A stretch of 64,000 bases of DNA from Tubulanus polymorphus (GCF_964204645.1 NC_134031.1:3410001-3474000); one strand, 5' to 3'; positions 1 through 13,300 are shown, counted from the stretch's first letter. Program-made: numbers and translations. The notes: generated from the letters alone by a model not told the origin.

Positions 1-1833
1 CACCAGATGGCGTGTGACTTATAGTCCAAAACGAAGTTCATTTTTAATAGATCTAACCCGCATTTTTAAAAATAATTACAAATCAGAATATTATACTAAT
101 AAAATCATAACCCAACACTATGTACAAATGAAAAAGATAAACCCTTAACTGACCATATACGGTCACTCTGACCATATCGCATCGACGCATTACCAGTAAG
201 TTCACCGGATATACGCCAACAGTAGGTGCTGCCCTCTGGATACTAACTACAATTAACACTAGGTGACATTTCGGTCGACGATTGAAATTTCATCCACGTA
301 AAACATTGATGATCTATGGAGAAAGCAGCCACATATAACACCTAAATATGGCCCTAGTTAAGAAAGGCGTTAAATCTAACTGCAATTAACTGATATCAAT
401 CTCAGTGTTGAGTTAACAAATAAAAACCCACAGTTACATCTGTCATCATCAGAGGACCAAAAGAAACTGTTAAATCTATTTTTCAAATCAAATTAGGCCT
501 ATAAAGCTTCAACGAATTGGAGTCTCTCCAGAGACTATCCTTTTAAATTTGCCAAAAAATTGATCTTATCATCTATTCACCATGTCAGAGTCTAAGGGCT
601 ATTCTACATTTATAACAAACAGTAATTCAATACGATTTCATCGTTTATTAATATTCAACGTAATTGTATACTTTATCTTCGAGCTCTTGAAATGTGGTTT
701 TCAACATTCTGTGTTATACCAGTTTCTTCTTACATTCAAGTTCCCCAAATCAACAAGGAATTCAATAACAGTATGGAGCACTTTGTGGGAAAAACGTCAT
801 ACTTCCCGATTGACTATTCTACTCTATTCGGGAGTTTCCTAAGAGTTATCGATTTTCTTCAGAGAACAAAAATAGATTTGATTTAAACGTTGTAAGAAAT
901 TGAAGCGCGGGCTACTACAGTACTGAAACCTCACTCGCCATAGTAGCATTACCGATACCCTACGGGGAACAACGCGAGACATTAATTATGAAGGTTTCGT
1001 AAGATGAATAATGAATTTTAAGCGAGATATTTCAATGGAGAAGATTGATTAATAGTTAATAATTAAACAGCCTCGGAAATGTATAGGCCTATATGGTAAC
1101 GATCGGAGTAGCAATGAGCTCTTAAGCCTTATCATCTATTTCCAGAAATAAAATCACCAGAAAATTCAACTACTGCCACTCGCAAATGCAGACTTTATTT
1201 TCAATGGACACGATAAAACTGAAATGAGATTTTAGGCGAAGATCGAAACCCAATAATTCAAAACGGTGAAGTAGAACCACGTATAGAACCACAATATCTC
1301 ATTACGTAGATTGCCATTAAAGTGAGACATTCTTCCCAATAAACACTTTCACGTGTAAATTACCCCCAGCGGGCAACAACGCCACAGAAATGAACATTAA
1401 ACGAGGTTTTATATACGCTGTTGTATTAGCGGCGTTAAAATACCAGCGGCTCTACGTTTCTTTCGAAAAACGAATTTTCGTTTAAAAAATTTTCAAGAGC
1501 TCTCCATTACAGAGATAGGTCATACATTACCAACAGAAAAATCTATTTTCTATCGAAATAGAATTTTAACCCAAATTGAATAAATTCATTTCTAAATTGG
1601 CTGTGACAGGGAATAAGGTGTAAAATTTACCAGAACTTTTGGGAAACCATTAGACAACTACTATCTCCAGCGAGCCATGTAAGGGAAAGGTGCTGTCTCT
1701 GAATACGGGTCTCACATCTCGAGACCAGGGGCATTCTACGCGCCGACTTTGAGAGAAAAATTCCGTAAGAACTTTTCTGCCATGACAAAATCATTTTCTA
1801 TTCTAATCTATATTGTTCCCAAATTGTACTTAC

Positions 1834-4016
1834 GGAGACTCAGAAATCTTGTTAAGGGGAGATCCACAGTCGTAGGCAGCGACGTCGAAAGTGTAACGAG
1901 AGTTCTTTTTGGCGTCGAGTGTTTTGCCGGGCTCGAGTTTGATGATCGCCTCGCCGGTTATATGATTCTTTAATTCGATTTCGAAAGGTACGCCGGCCAC
2001 CGATTGGATCACGTAACCGCAAATAGCACCTGAAAATTCAAAGTACGTTCATTGGAGCAATTTTCTATCTCATAATAAGGGAAACCTCGATCTTACTGTG
2101 GACCCTATATCACCACTTATCTCGCTAGAATATAACAAGCCAATTAAGATTTTATTTATTTTGAAATAAATTTCATCTAGTTTTTAGTTCCCCACATAAA
2201 ACATAAGACAAATTGTAGGCTAATCGAGTGACCCCTTATAAATCACATTGTATTCGAATACGTTGGGTTCAAATTGGAAATCATCGGATATACATTTTTT
2301 TCAAAGTTCAAGTTAGATGAACTTTACTACTGTCACCTGTCTATTAGGCTTATAGATCTTGGCATGGCTTAAAGGTCAAGTAGGCCTAATCTTTTTATTC
2401 AAAATCAATACTGATGAAGCAACAATTATTGGCATATTTTCAAATTTCAGTTAACTGGTCATAGGATCCGTAACAAAATGGCCTTAACAGTTCAGGGAAT
2501 CCTAAATTCCCAGATATATCCAGATATAGATCCCCCGACTTTTCACCAAAATTCTCGGATTGAATTTAAAAAGATATTCTCAGTGCCAGCAAGAGAAACA
2601 CCAAAAATTTAAATTCCCTGATTTTCAATGCAAGTCAAAATGCCTGATATTTTCAAAAATACATAGGCCTATAGCCCTTCTCAAGACAAGACGCTCTGTA
2701 GTTTTGTATCAACACACTGTAGTATGGCATCATTCGTGACCTGTCTTGAAAAGGGGTAGGCCTATAGGCTTTTGTTAACGCAAAAATGTTTGACGCATTA
2801 AATTCAACGTGAAAAATAAAACTGTTCTTCTATGAATTATCAATTATTTGAACTCTCTACCCGAGGATTCAATCCGACATTTTCCGTGCATGAAGAATAA
2901 TTCCAGAACTGATTTTTCCAACTCGAGCTGGGGATGGTTCCTAAATTTCAGTAGATTAAGATTTTTTCCAACGTACCTCCGCTGCCTTCATCTTTATCCG
3001 TAGCCCTAAGCGGAGGGTCCAACTGTACGAGTCTCTCATTTTCGCGAATAACTCCATGGTACGCTCGAACCCGATTACCTTTCTTATCAATAGCTACCAA
3101 TTCCGGTGCATAGTCATTTTGGACAGGCTCTGCAAATGAAAAAGACCAGAATTAAAAATTCTATTTTTGGCTCAGGCTACTAGACTGTTTCCTAGAATTT
3201 AATACAATTTAACTATTGTTATACAAAAGCATAGTTTTTTTCACTCCCCCAGATAAACTTTCATACAATGTTAACAATAGTAGGAAAATACAAACGAGGG
3301 TTTCCCATGAAAGAGTGACTCACTGTGCATCAGTCCTAATCTAATCCATTATGTGTCAGAAATTTGATTTAGGATTATTCATGTAGGCCTATTCTTTATG
3401 TATTAATAAGTCTTATATAGTAAAATATCTCTGTTCAATAAGAAATTCTTCTTGTTCATAAAACATATATTTCATTAATTAAGAATGAGTATCAAGTGAT
3501 ACAGTCAGTCAGCGAGCGCACTTCTGACAAATAAGCCTATCGATATGCCATGGCCTCGATCAATCTATGAACCATTTCAATTTCAGACAATGAAATTTTG
3601 TTCGATAAAATGAAGACATAGAGTATTATCTAAATAATGAATACAGTAACTTCAAAAGTAACTGCCTAGTGCCAAAATCTGAAGAAAAAAACATCTTAAG
3701 CGAATCAGTGAGTGCTCTTTGACTTTGGTCTCAGACAATTTTATGACCCCATTTCCGAATTCATTTTTGAACCGTTTCGATTCGAAATCGTTCTCAATCT
3801 TTGATTACATAAAAATGAAGACATAGAATTCATCTCAAAAACTAGATTACTTTGAAAATAACTGCCGGAATCAGTGGAAGAATCACTTTGAAACGAATCG
3901 AAAATCCAACTTCGTGTGTGGTAGGTATTGAAAAATAGTCACTTACCCGATGTGGCCGATACGAAACCCAGGCATAAAATACCCAGTAAAGCACTACACC
4001 ACGCGATTCTATACAT
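1834..4016 (-). CDS. CLSTN1: Calsyntenin, 5' part (exons 4016-3947, 3129-2977, 2029-1834); continues beyond the window start
   Basis: Spliced GT-AG in consistent phases: signal peptide MYRIAWCSALLGILCLGFVSATS, then YHGVIRENERLVQLDPPLRATDKD...GAICGY...VPFEI...TGEAII...YTFDVAAYDCG, matching the first cadherin repeat of calsyntenins. Paralogue number is not resolvable. Confidence 0.9.
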
Positions 4017-4099
4017 CTTCGACTATATTCTCATGTGTTTGTGTAGTGCGAGAAACGTTTATTTAAACGGCTAAAACCGTTTTCTAAAATCTGTCTTAA

Positions 4100-4200
4100 A
4101 TCCCGTGTATTACGCGGATATTCCGTCTTTCAATATGGCCGCCGTATTTCTTGTTGATATATCCACGATATGTGACGTAATTCTGACAGAAGCTGATCGA
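4100..4200. promoter_or_regulatory. Probable (bidirectional) promoter between calsyntenin and the LRR-Ig gene
   Basis: CpG-rich patch just upstream of the calsyntenin ATG, with YY1-like AATATGGCCGCC (4132-4143) and CRE-like TGACGTAA (about 4173). Confidence 0.45.
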
Positions 4201-5870
4201 TCGTTCCATCAACCGCCCCTCCTCCTACTCATGGAACTCCCTTTTAATGTTTTTATCTTTAAACAAATCTATCCCTCACACAATGCTCTCGAGTTCGAAA
4301 CGTCGTGTCATCCGTTTCTGATTTTCTGAATGATAAATCTTGCTTTTGAATTTTAAATCTGTTCCTGGGTTTTTTATAATCAAATTTTTCCCGATAAATC
4401 TATTTAAACTACAAGAACTAGGAAAATTTATCAACATTGGCTAATACATTTGATAGGCGAGAGTAAGGCTCAATTAGTTAATTGTTTTCTATATTGGCAT
4501 CCCTTTTGTAACCCTACTATTATTATTTTAACTTTGAATCCTAAGGTGATCTCATCGAGACCTGATTTTACGTAGGTATCGATCGGGTGTAGATTTTTTT
4601 TTAGATTGCGGGTTTTTTATTGAACATGGAAAATTTGTATAGGTTTTTGCTTTTCAGTTTGAATTGATAATTGTCTATACATTTGATAATCATGTTTCAA
4701 TTTGGATTAAATACACCGGGAATCAAAAGTTATCAAAAATATGTTCTTTACAATTTGTGCCCTCAGAATTCTGATTAAAACCACTAAATACAAATGTCAA
4801 AACTAAGAACTATTGATATCCATATAAACGAAAAGCTCACGTCAGTCTCTATAATCAATTTTTTTATACAATAATGAAATTATTCATAGGGACCATATAT
4901 GCAATTTTTTTTCTTTTCAGGATGATTTCTCAGTTGGTGGTGGGTGGCTTTACGAATAAATGAACAGCCAACATATAAATGAATTGTACCTCCATCGCAG
5001 AACGCGCAATCAGCTTTTTATAGTGTCTAATTTTCAAAAAGTCAAAATCACCAACCTGTTGATAAAACGCCGGCTGTATCACATTTTGTAAGATAGTTTT
5101 CTCATTAAATTGAATTTCGTTTTACTGGTTCCAGATATCGATGTATTTTGTTCCGCGTATCAACATGTATTTCCGCATGTGATCGCGTGTATTTCCGCAT
5201 GTGATTTGTCAAGCGCATCCACAGAAACATGTGGTCACTTTAGGCTGATTCTACTGCGCAAATACTCACTCAAAACGAACTCGTTTGTAATAAATACAGC
5301 CTCTATTGGGTAAAAGCATCAATAAACAATATATTTACAGTAAATTGGTAGTGAAAAATAGTAGGTTTTGTAAATTATTTGAAATGTCATGATAGTCTTT
5401 TTGAACTACTCTCACTTTTCTGCAGCTGTTTATAATTTTCGATTAGAAATGAATTGGATGAGGTTAAGGATGATCAATCAATAATAAGGAGTTGGGAAAA
5501 AGTTTCCAATGTCTGAGAGATGGTTACAGTCCACAGATTATTGCTAATACAGCTGACTCTTTTTAAATTGGATTTTTTTGCCCATGCGGAACTTCTCTGA
5601 GTTGCATAATATCCCATTTATGTATACAGTGGGAAAAATATTTCGATAAACATCCAAATTACACGGTTGATCTTGAGTTGATCATATCTGACTTTTTAGG
5701 GGGGAGTCTCTTACTGTATTACGCAAGGCTCTAATATTAGTCCTGGTCACCATTAGTTAATGAAACACTGTAGGCCTGTTAGATCCCACATAAAAAATGA
5801 AAAAAATCTTAAATGTTTCCTTGAGCTTATATCAATTTCAAATAAACTATGAACGTAAAAAAACAATGTT

Positions 5871-6000
5871 AATTGTTTAAATTGATATTGTGGGTTTCTC
5901 TCAATGATAGTTAGTGTTGAATTTGGAAATTTTCAAATTGTTTAAATTGATATTGTGGGTTTCTCTCAATGATAGTTAGTGTTGAATTTGGAAATTTTCA
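5871..6000 (+). repeat. Perfect 65-bp tandem duplication (5871-5935, 5936-6000)
   Basis: Two identical copies of aattgtttaaattgatattgtggg...ggaaattttca. Confidence 0.9.
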
Positions 6001-6132
6001 GATTGTCAAGCGCCACATTCAGACCACCTTCCAAGTTGGACCCTCGTTCAGTGTGGGTCACATATTACCAACGTGGTCATTTTCTAATTATCCTATTATC
6101 AATTTCAGATTGTATGAAATCAAAATAAAGCG

Positions 6133-8040
6133 ATGCGGTTTGAAGCGCGAATCTCGGTGTTGGGTTTCCTCGCCGTCGTTTCTGGCTATGTCGACTTAAA
6201 TCTCATTCACAACTACTCGGCCGCGAGTGGCTCGCTGACGAAACTCAATCAAACATTATCCTGCCCGCCGCGATGTAACTGTAACATAAACAACCGCATG
6301 GTATTTTGTAACGATTCCCGCATTTGGCATTTCGATTCGTTCTATCGCGACGTTCCGACGAACGTTCGAAATTTGACGGTTTTCCGAGCGTCGTTTCCGA
6401 CCGTGCCGGCGAATTACGTCGGCAATTTGACGCACGTGCGCTTTTTAACGTTGAACAAATGCACGATCAGCACGCTCGAACCGGGTGCGTTTAACGACGC
6501 CAGAAACCTCGAACTGTTGGACCTCGGTCGCAATTACATCAAGATACTACCCGCCGATTTACTACGCGGACTTCGAAGACTCAAAGATTTAGATCTACGC
6601 GATAATCTAATCGAAACGTTGCCCGAAGGATTATTCGACGGTTTGTCCGATTTGAAGTCGTTGAAATTGCAGGACAACTTTCTGAAACGCGTTTCGCCGC
6701 GATCGTTTTACGACTTGCGTTCGCTGGTCGATTTGAATCTGTCGAACAATCGAATCGTATATTTCGAATCGGAGGTGTTCGCGACGAACGCGATGTTGAA
6801 AAGCGTCGCGTTGTCGTCGAATCGACTGCGCTCTCTTTCGCGTCGCGCGTTCGCGAACTCGCCGAATCTGGAAACCGTGCATCTCGATAACAATCCGTGG
6901 CAGTGCAGCTGTTATTTGCGCTGGTTAGCGGATGAGATTGCGACGCGGAAATCAGTTTTCGAGAACAGCGACCGAATCCGCTGCAATTCGCCGCGCGAAC
7001 TGAAATCGATCGGCGTCGAGTACGCGCGCAATACATTGTGTACGCCTCCTTTGATCGTTTCGTTGACCGACCATTCCGATGTTCTTTATCGCGACAGTAT
7101 TATGCTGGACTGCAACGCGACGGGTTTTCCGACGCCGTCCGTTTACTGGGTCGGTCCTCAAGGCACTGTACTGGCGCACGAATCGCAGCGAGAATGGATC
7201 ACGAGCGAACGCGGCGGCGCCGTCGTCTATTCGAGCGTCGCGATTTCCGGGCAGTCGTCGTTTCAGACGTTTGAAAACGGATCGTTACTGGTGATGTATC
7301 TGCACAGCCCGTATTCGGGTAACTACTCGTGCGTCGCCGAGAATCCGATCGGCAAAACGAATCTGACGATCACTGTAAGTATCGTAACGGCGATCCCGCG
7401 TATTTACGCGTTCTCGATGTACGTCAGCGGTATTTGCGCCAGCGTCGTTCTAGTCGTCGGCGTCGCGATCGCGTCCGTCAAATACTGCGTGACGCGTAGT
7501 CGGCTGCGTAAGTTCCGTCGACGTAAACCGGGCGATCATTTCTACGAGACGGGGCCGGTCGACGAACCGATGCTCGTCGCCGAATCACCGGATGAGAAAC
7601 TGAAGAAAAAATACGCGAGCGGTAAAACGTCGTTGCAGTCGTCACCGTCGCACTCGCGCAGTCACTCCGGCGACGAACTGGAGGATTTCGACGACGAATA
7701 CTACTCTGTTTCGCATATTAAAGACACGATCGACGAGATGGGCCTGCGTCTGCGCACCGGCGTCGAACGGCGCGTCGAGAAGATGCGCTCGCAGATGTCG
7801 AATCTGCACGAGTCGAGTAATCAGTATATGCAGAATTTACGCGACAGCGGGCAGAAGGCGGTGCAGAAAGTTCGCGTCGGCGTCGTGATGAGCGTCGAGC
7901 AGGTGAAACAGCAGATGTTGTCGATGAAGGAACTATGCGGTCGCGGCGATATGTGTCAGACTGTGTCGACCGTATCGGTCACAACCGACATCGATTCACG
8001 TGAAAAATCAACAGTCGTTAAAAGTATTACCTACGTTTGA
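6133..8040 (+). CDS. LRR + Ig domain single-pass membrane protein, intronless CDS, 635 aa
   Basis: Signal peptide; LRRNT (CPPRCNC); several LxxLxLxxN repeats; LRRCT (NPWQCSC..WL); Ig domain (LDCNATGFPTPSVYW...SGNYSCVAEN); TM helix (GICASVVLVVGVAIASV); basic stop-transfer segment; C-terminal ITYV. Confidence 0.93.
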   Translation: MRFEARISVLGFLAVVSGYVDLNLIHNYSAASGSLTKLNQTLSCPPRCNCNINNRMVFCNDSRIWHFDSFYRDVPTNVRNLTVFRASFPTVPANYVGNLTHVRFLTLNKCTISTLEPGAFNDARNLELLDLGRNYIKILPADLLRGLRRLKDLDLRDNLIETLPEGLFDGLSDLKSLKLQDNFLKRVSPRSFYDLRSLVDLNLSNNRIVYFESEVFATNAMLKSVALSSNRLRSLSRRAFANSPNLETVHLDNNPWQCSCYLRWLADEIATRKSVFENSDRIRCNSPRELKSIGVEYARNTLCTPPLIVSLTDHSDVLYRDSIMLDCNATGFPTPSVYWVGPQGTVLAHESQREWITSERGGAVVYSSVAISGQSSFQTFENGSLLVMYLHSPYSGNYSCVAENPIGKTNLTITVSIVTAIPRIYAFSMYVSGICASVVLVVGVAIASVKYCVTRSRLRKFRRRKPGDHFYETGPVDEPMLVAESPDEKLKKKYASGKTSLQSSPSHSRSHSGDELEDFDDEYYSVSHIKDTIDEMGLRLRTGVERRVEKMRSQMSNLHESSNQYMQNLRDSGQKAVQKVRVGVVMSVEQVKQQMLSMKELCGRGDMCQTVSTVSVTTDIDSREKSTVVKSITYV

Positions 8041-8262
8041 TAAGGATTATTCGATATGTAAGCCGCTAAAGTTCGGGCTATGTTATTTAGAACATTCTAA
8101 ATTTAGTCCGCTCAAATTTAGGGTGGACCACGTATTCACACGGCGAAAAGTCCATTCTCAATTAGAATTGGAAAATTAGAAAACACCAATTTAGATTCTA
8201 GATTTTTTAGAATTTTAGAATGGAACTTATATCTGCCTGGTAACAGCTGATTTAGAAACCTG

Positions 8263-8389
8263 GGGCCAGTTGCTCAAAAGTTGGTTAAAGATAACCGGCC
8301 GTTAAATACCATAGTAACAATGAAATTTCAATTGTCACCATATCAACTATCCACTGGTTAACTCTAACCAACTTTTGAGCAACCGGCCC
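8263..8389. mobile_element. MITE (PIF/Harbinger-like) with CTG target duplication
   Basis: TIRs gggccagttgctcaaaagttggtta / taaccaacttttgagcaaccggccc, CTG on both sides. Related copies at about 24750 and 38172. Confidence 0.8.
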
Positions 8390-11300
8390 CTGTATGTGAA
8401 TGTACAGCATTGATTTGGTTCATTCTTGGTCCATTCTAAATTGGTCAGTTCCAGGAATGGGCCAAATGGACTAAGGAGCATGAATGCAGCTATAGTGTGG
8501 TTTTCAGGGTCGTATATCCTGACTGTTTTCTAAAAAAAAGGTCTCAAAATTTCGAAGTGCCCCCTATGTTTCAGGTGTTCTAACAAGTGATGCACTTTTT
8601 GACAAATATTTTCTCGGTATCAACTTTAACCCAAATAACCATAACTTAAATTCATTGAAGCTTCCAACGCTTCTTTATTTGCATTGCGCCATCAGGTTTG
8701 CCTTTTCGGCTAGTTAGAAGTACCCCTGTTTGATGCTGGAAATAGCCTTGGATCGGCCCCTGATTTTCTTTTAGGAGCAAACGAAATATTTTTGAATATC
8801 CCGGTATATATTTTGAATTTCGAAGTTGTTTTATTTTCATAATCAAAGAAAATAATGTTTATTTTGAATTAAGTTTATATCAATATTTGTGTATGTATAT
8901 TTTTGTCAATCATTTCATGCATAAATGATTCTATTCATTAATGGAGCCATTGATGAAAATGTTTTTAAATGATTTATTATTAAGTAATTGGTAATATAGG
9001 ATGAATGTAGTACGCTAGACTCCGTTTTGAATTATGTTTATATCTATGTTTTTTTTTTGCGTTTGTATATTTTTAAAGTCAATTATTTTGTGCATAAACG
9101 AGTATCAAAGCTTTTTTATAAGAGCAGTATTCTGAATGTGTGTTTTTGAATATGGATTGTTTTGCGTGATACAAGTTCAATGGAGTTCGTGAACTAATAG
9201 TAGAATAACCGCGCTCAAACGTGGAGAATAGATGGTATGATCGAAACCCACTATGTACAGATTTAAAAGGTTTGAAACCAAAAATTTATTTAATCAAAAA
9301 TTTTTAAATCAAAAGATGTTTCAGACTCTCACTCGAGATCATCGTCAGGTGTGAAACTAAGAATTGTCGCTACAATTTTTTAGATTTTCTTTTTCTGACA
9401 ACAATCAAAAGTGCAATCAATCAATGCGGTGTAGGGATATGGAAACATGGAAACCTTTATAAAAAAAACTCTCCTATGAAAATTATAGTTTATTTCAAAG
9501 TGATTTACTGGTACTCCGAGATCCAAGGAAAGCAGAGTCTACTGTATACGGTGTATTGAACAATCAAGCTCAAAAAATGATGATGCTCATTTTTGAAAGA
9601 TTTTTTTTGGGTAATATTTAGTAACGTACCAGGTACAACATTACGGGGGTCAATGTCCTGAAAAATTTGTAAAAGTGTTGATAGTGTCTTTTTGTTCCAT
9701 GGTTTCAATTTATCAATTGCGTACGTGTTGCCCAGCTGCTCTAGTGGCCTGGCCTGATTTTCAAATCCAATTATTTTCATTTTCATATAAAAATCCAGGC
9801 AAGTTGTTTTGCGCTGACAAGTTCTACCGGTAAATTAGGCCAGATGTCTGCTGAACTTCAAAAAGCTAAAAAATCGATTTAGAATAATAGGATTCGTTTT
9901 GAAAAAACAATGCTACACAGGTTAAGTTAATCAAGTAAAATACACAGCTGAGAATAAAAAACTTGAATCTCATTCTTTCATGGTTGATAGATTTCTGTTT
10001 TAGAGACCATTTTGAAGTACAATGTGTGAACGTCCCTTTATGTACCCCTTATGTCATACCTGGTATGTTCAGGGGAAAATAGTAAATATCTCATATTCTT
10101 AAGCCACCTGACCCTGTTTTTTTGTATATGTTTTGAATGACCCCCTTGACTTCATTTATTTTTATCACATTCCTTTATGTCAATCTAATATTACCGTTTA
10201 AGAATGAATACACATTATTTTCGTTTTGACCGTTTATTGAACTTATTCTATGTTAACCTATACTCAAATAACAAGCAACTGTACTTTATTTCATTTCCTT
10301 TGATTTGTATAAGTCGAATCTCTTGACAATTTATTTTCATGTTTTTGTTCACATATCCATAACTGATCTTAAAAGCATATATATTCACTTAAATATTACT
10401 TTCTTACTTGTCACGATAAACTTGATCAATGTTATTAGTCCTTTGTATAAACATAATGAAAATTACATGTATTTTTGCTATATTGCATGTGAGTATTTGT
10501 ATCTCGAACTTATTGTTACTTCGGCGAATTATTTTCTTAAAAAACTAATTTTTCATGAAAATTTCGTTCTTGAATTAGAGCACACCAGCATTGAAATGAA
10601 ACTTAAAGCATTTTGATAAATCTCTTTCGTGTGGAAATTATCATGATGTACTATTTCATTAAATTTAGTTTTTTTATATTGTGCTTAAGATCTAAACTAG
10701 GATTTCAATTTTCCCTCTTTTGATTGATCAGAAAATATTTTTTATGAAGAATCTCTCGTGGCGTCATAGGTTGTCACATTTTTAGGTGAAATCCATGTTC
10801 TTCCGGAGGGAATATAGTGTACTTACAAATATAGATTATTAGAAGTTTAGACTTTGATATTTATTTTGTACGGTACTGTTATTATTGTATTGATAGTGAA
10901 TGACAATGCTTTTATTATTTTGATACATAAATCATTTTGTAATAATAGTGAATATGTCCGAAGTCAGAAGTCCATCAGTAAGGGTCTTGTAGAAGTGCGT
11001 TTTGATTTGTTTAGTACAAGTGACCCTTTGTTTATCGATTTAGAAATATTCCACCTTAGAAATATCTATCATGTACAGTTGTTAATGATATTTAGAAATG
11101 AATGCTTCAGGGGTTTTTTTATTCAAAAAGGAATTTGGAAAATTTTGTTGCATAACGCCTACTTCGTAATTCAACATTCTATATTTGACTGAGGTTACTC
11201 TTTGGAAAGCTATTTCAAAATATTATTTTTCACCAGAATAAAACGTAAAACCTAATGAGGTAGACCTATTTCATCATCTTGTTGACTGAGATAAACCTTG

Positions 11301-13147
11301 ACTGAATCAAATTCATGGACCGAGGGTGATTGATAGGTTTTCATGGATGTGCCTTCTGATCAGACAGGCGCCATAAATTTCCTTCCTCAACCTTCTAGCC
11401 CTGCCCCTGATCGGGATATAAGTGGACCATCAGATACTTGAAACATATTTATATTCATAAATAAGCTTTATGGATTTCAAACCTGAAAAAAAAAGAAAAA
11501 TGAACAGGGTCATTTTAAGTAAGAGTTTTAGTTAGTGTGGGGAGAGCTTCATCTAGAAAATAATATGAAATGAAGAACAGCTTTACATCAGAAATAGGTT
11601 GATAAAAAACGACTAGGCTAGACTTGAATTATATTAGTTTTGATGCTTATTTTTATAAAGAATTTAGTTCAGCTTTTTTGTCTATAGTTTTTTTCTGTAT
11701 TTAGAACGGAAGTGTCTGGAATGAGCTCGTTTAGTTTGTTTTCTATGCAAAAACTTTATTAGTATTTTCGCCCTGCAGCATAAAACTGATTGTTTTGTAT
11801 GTTTGGAGGTTACTTATGCATTAATGTTCATATATGTACGGTTCAATTATCAAGACTTGTATTAAAATGTTCTGCCTTTATTTCATATCAAAGAAATATC
11901 ATGTACCTGGCTTGATAAGGGGACTCAACTTTCCAAGTCCATTGCCAACTGGTGATAACTGAAGTCCTTAGTAACCCATCATCGGGAGCACGAAAAATAT
12001 GGTGTCATATAGAATGATGTTTTCAATGAATTAGAGTTAGATTTGGCATATTCGTTCTCAGAAGTACGTTGGGGTGATAACGGACTTAAGCAGAAAAGTC
12101 CAGATGAATTTATGGTTGCTCAATAATAACAGATTGATGTCATATTTTATTCATTATTCAGTGTTTGTCTAATATCCCTCGATAGGCAAAATCTTTTTTC
12201 ATGTGTCCTCAAATCCGAAAAAAATCTTGATCCGTAACAATGTTTTTCTTTGGAAAAAAATCCATGTACTTACTTTATTTCAAAAACCTTTTCGTGTTGA
12301 GATACTTAAAATGTACTTGCTTTATTTCACAATACGTTTGACGTTTAAGATACTTATTGAAGTCATAGATTTATGCTATATTTCTATTATATTATTTCTG
12401 TATATCCGATTAATAAGATTAGAAGACGTATATATGTGTGTTGTTTAGCAATATTTCGATAGAAATATTTTGAGAATCGGTTAAAAGGAGATACTTTTAT
12501 CGTCCAAACGAGGACAAAACGTAGTATGGTGTCGCGTGAAATTGAATGAATATTTATTGCGTCGTTTCCGATGCCGAAAATTCGTGTGTATATATGTTTT
12601 CCACAAATAGAAAAAAAAGAGATTCGTCAGAAAAAACCTGCGTTATAAATCGTTGTCGTTTTTGGGTATCTATTTCTAAGGTCGTGTTTCACGAGCGAAA
12701 CGGTTTCCATGGCGATGACATTAAAACCAGGTGGGAAGGAGAGTTTCACCTCCGAATTAAAAAGCAGTGAAAACTGACACCGCGCGCGCTCGCTTGTATT
12801 TCGTGTACATATAAGTGTCGAGTATAAAAATGAATTGAAGCAGACTGACAAAAATATGAGATTGAACATAAAAGAACAACGACTGTGATTTCGGCGGAAA
12901 GATCAATTACAGCACTTCCCACGACGATGACTAGAATGATATATTTTCAGTTTTTCAACGAGGTCTTAGTAAAAACCTCGAAACAGTTAGAATAAACTTT
13001 TGTATCACCAGCAGTGAGTAATTCGCCCATCTACATCCCACAACGCCCAAGATCTCGGAACATATTACATTACTGGTGGATTGAATGATTCATAAATGTA
13101 AAAGCCCCGCGATAAAAATGTATCCAATGAAATTTATTCACATGAAA

Positions 13148-13189
13148 CCACAACATTTCGGCTGTTGGCTAACAGCCGTCATCAGGTGG
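13148..13189 (-). ncRNA. Minimal type I hammerhead ribozyme-like motif (Penelope/retrozyme type)
   Basis: Minus strand reads ccac-CTGATGA-c-GGCTGTT-agcc-AACAGCC-GAAA-tgtt-gtgg, followed by AATAAA: core boxes, 7-bp stem II, CCAC/GTGG stem I, vestigial stem III. Confidence 0.65.
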
Positions 13190-13265
13190 AACCTACCATT
13201 AGGTGGTTCATGTATCTAGAGTCTACACGGATTAGTGTTTTATACGACAAATGATTCATGTTTCT

Positions 13266-13300
13266 CTGAAGATGGGATTTCGATAAATCTCGAAACTCTG
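13266..13300 (+). ncRNA. Degenerate hammerhead-like motif
   Basis: CTGAAGA-t-GGGATTT-cgat-AAATCTC-GAAAC; stem II pairs, stem I only partially. Confidence 0.45.

Noticed and set aside
425-455. Minus-strand CTGATGATG-ACAG..CTGT hammerhead-like start
   Set aside because: No GAAA box follows stem II.
6581-7294. Antisense and alternative-frame ORFs inside the LRR-Ig CDS
   Set aside because: By-products of GC/CpG-rich codon usage; no recognisable motifs.
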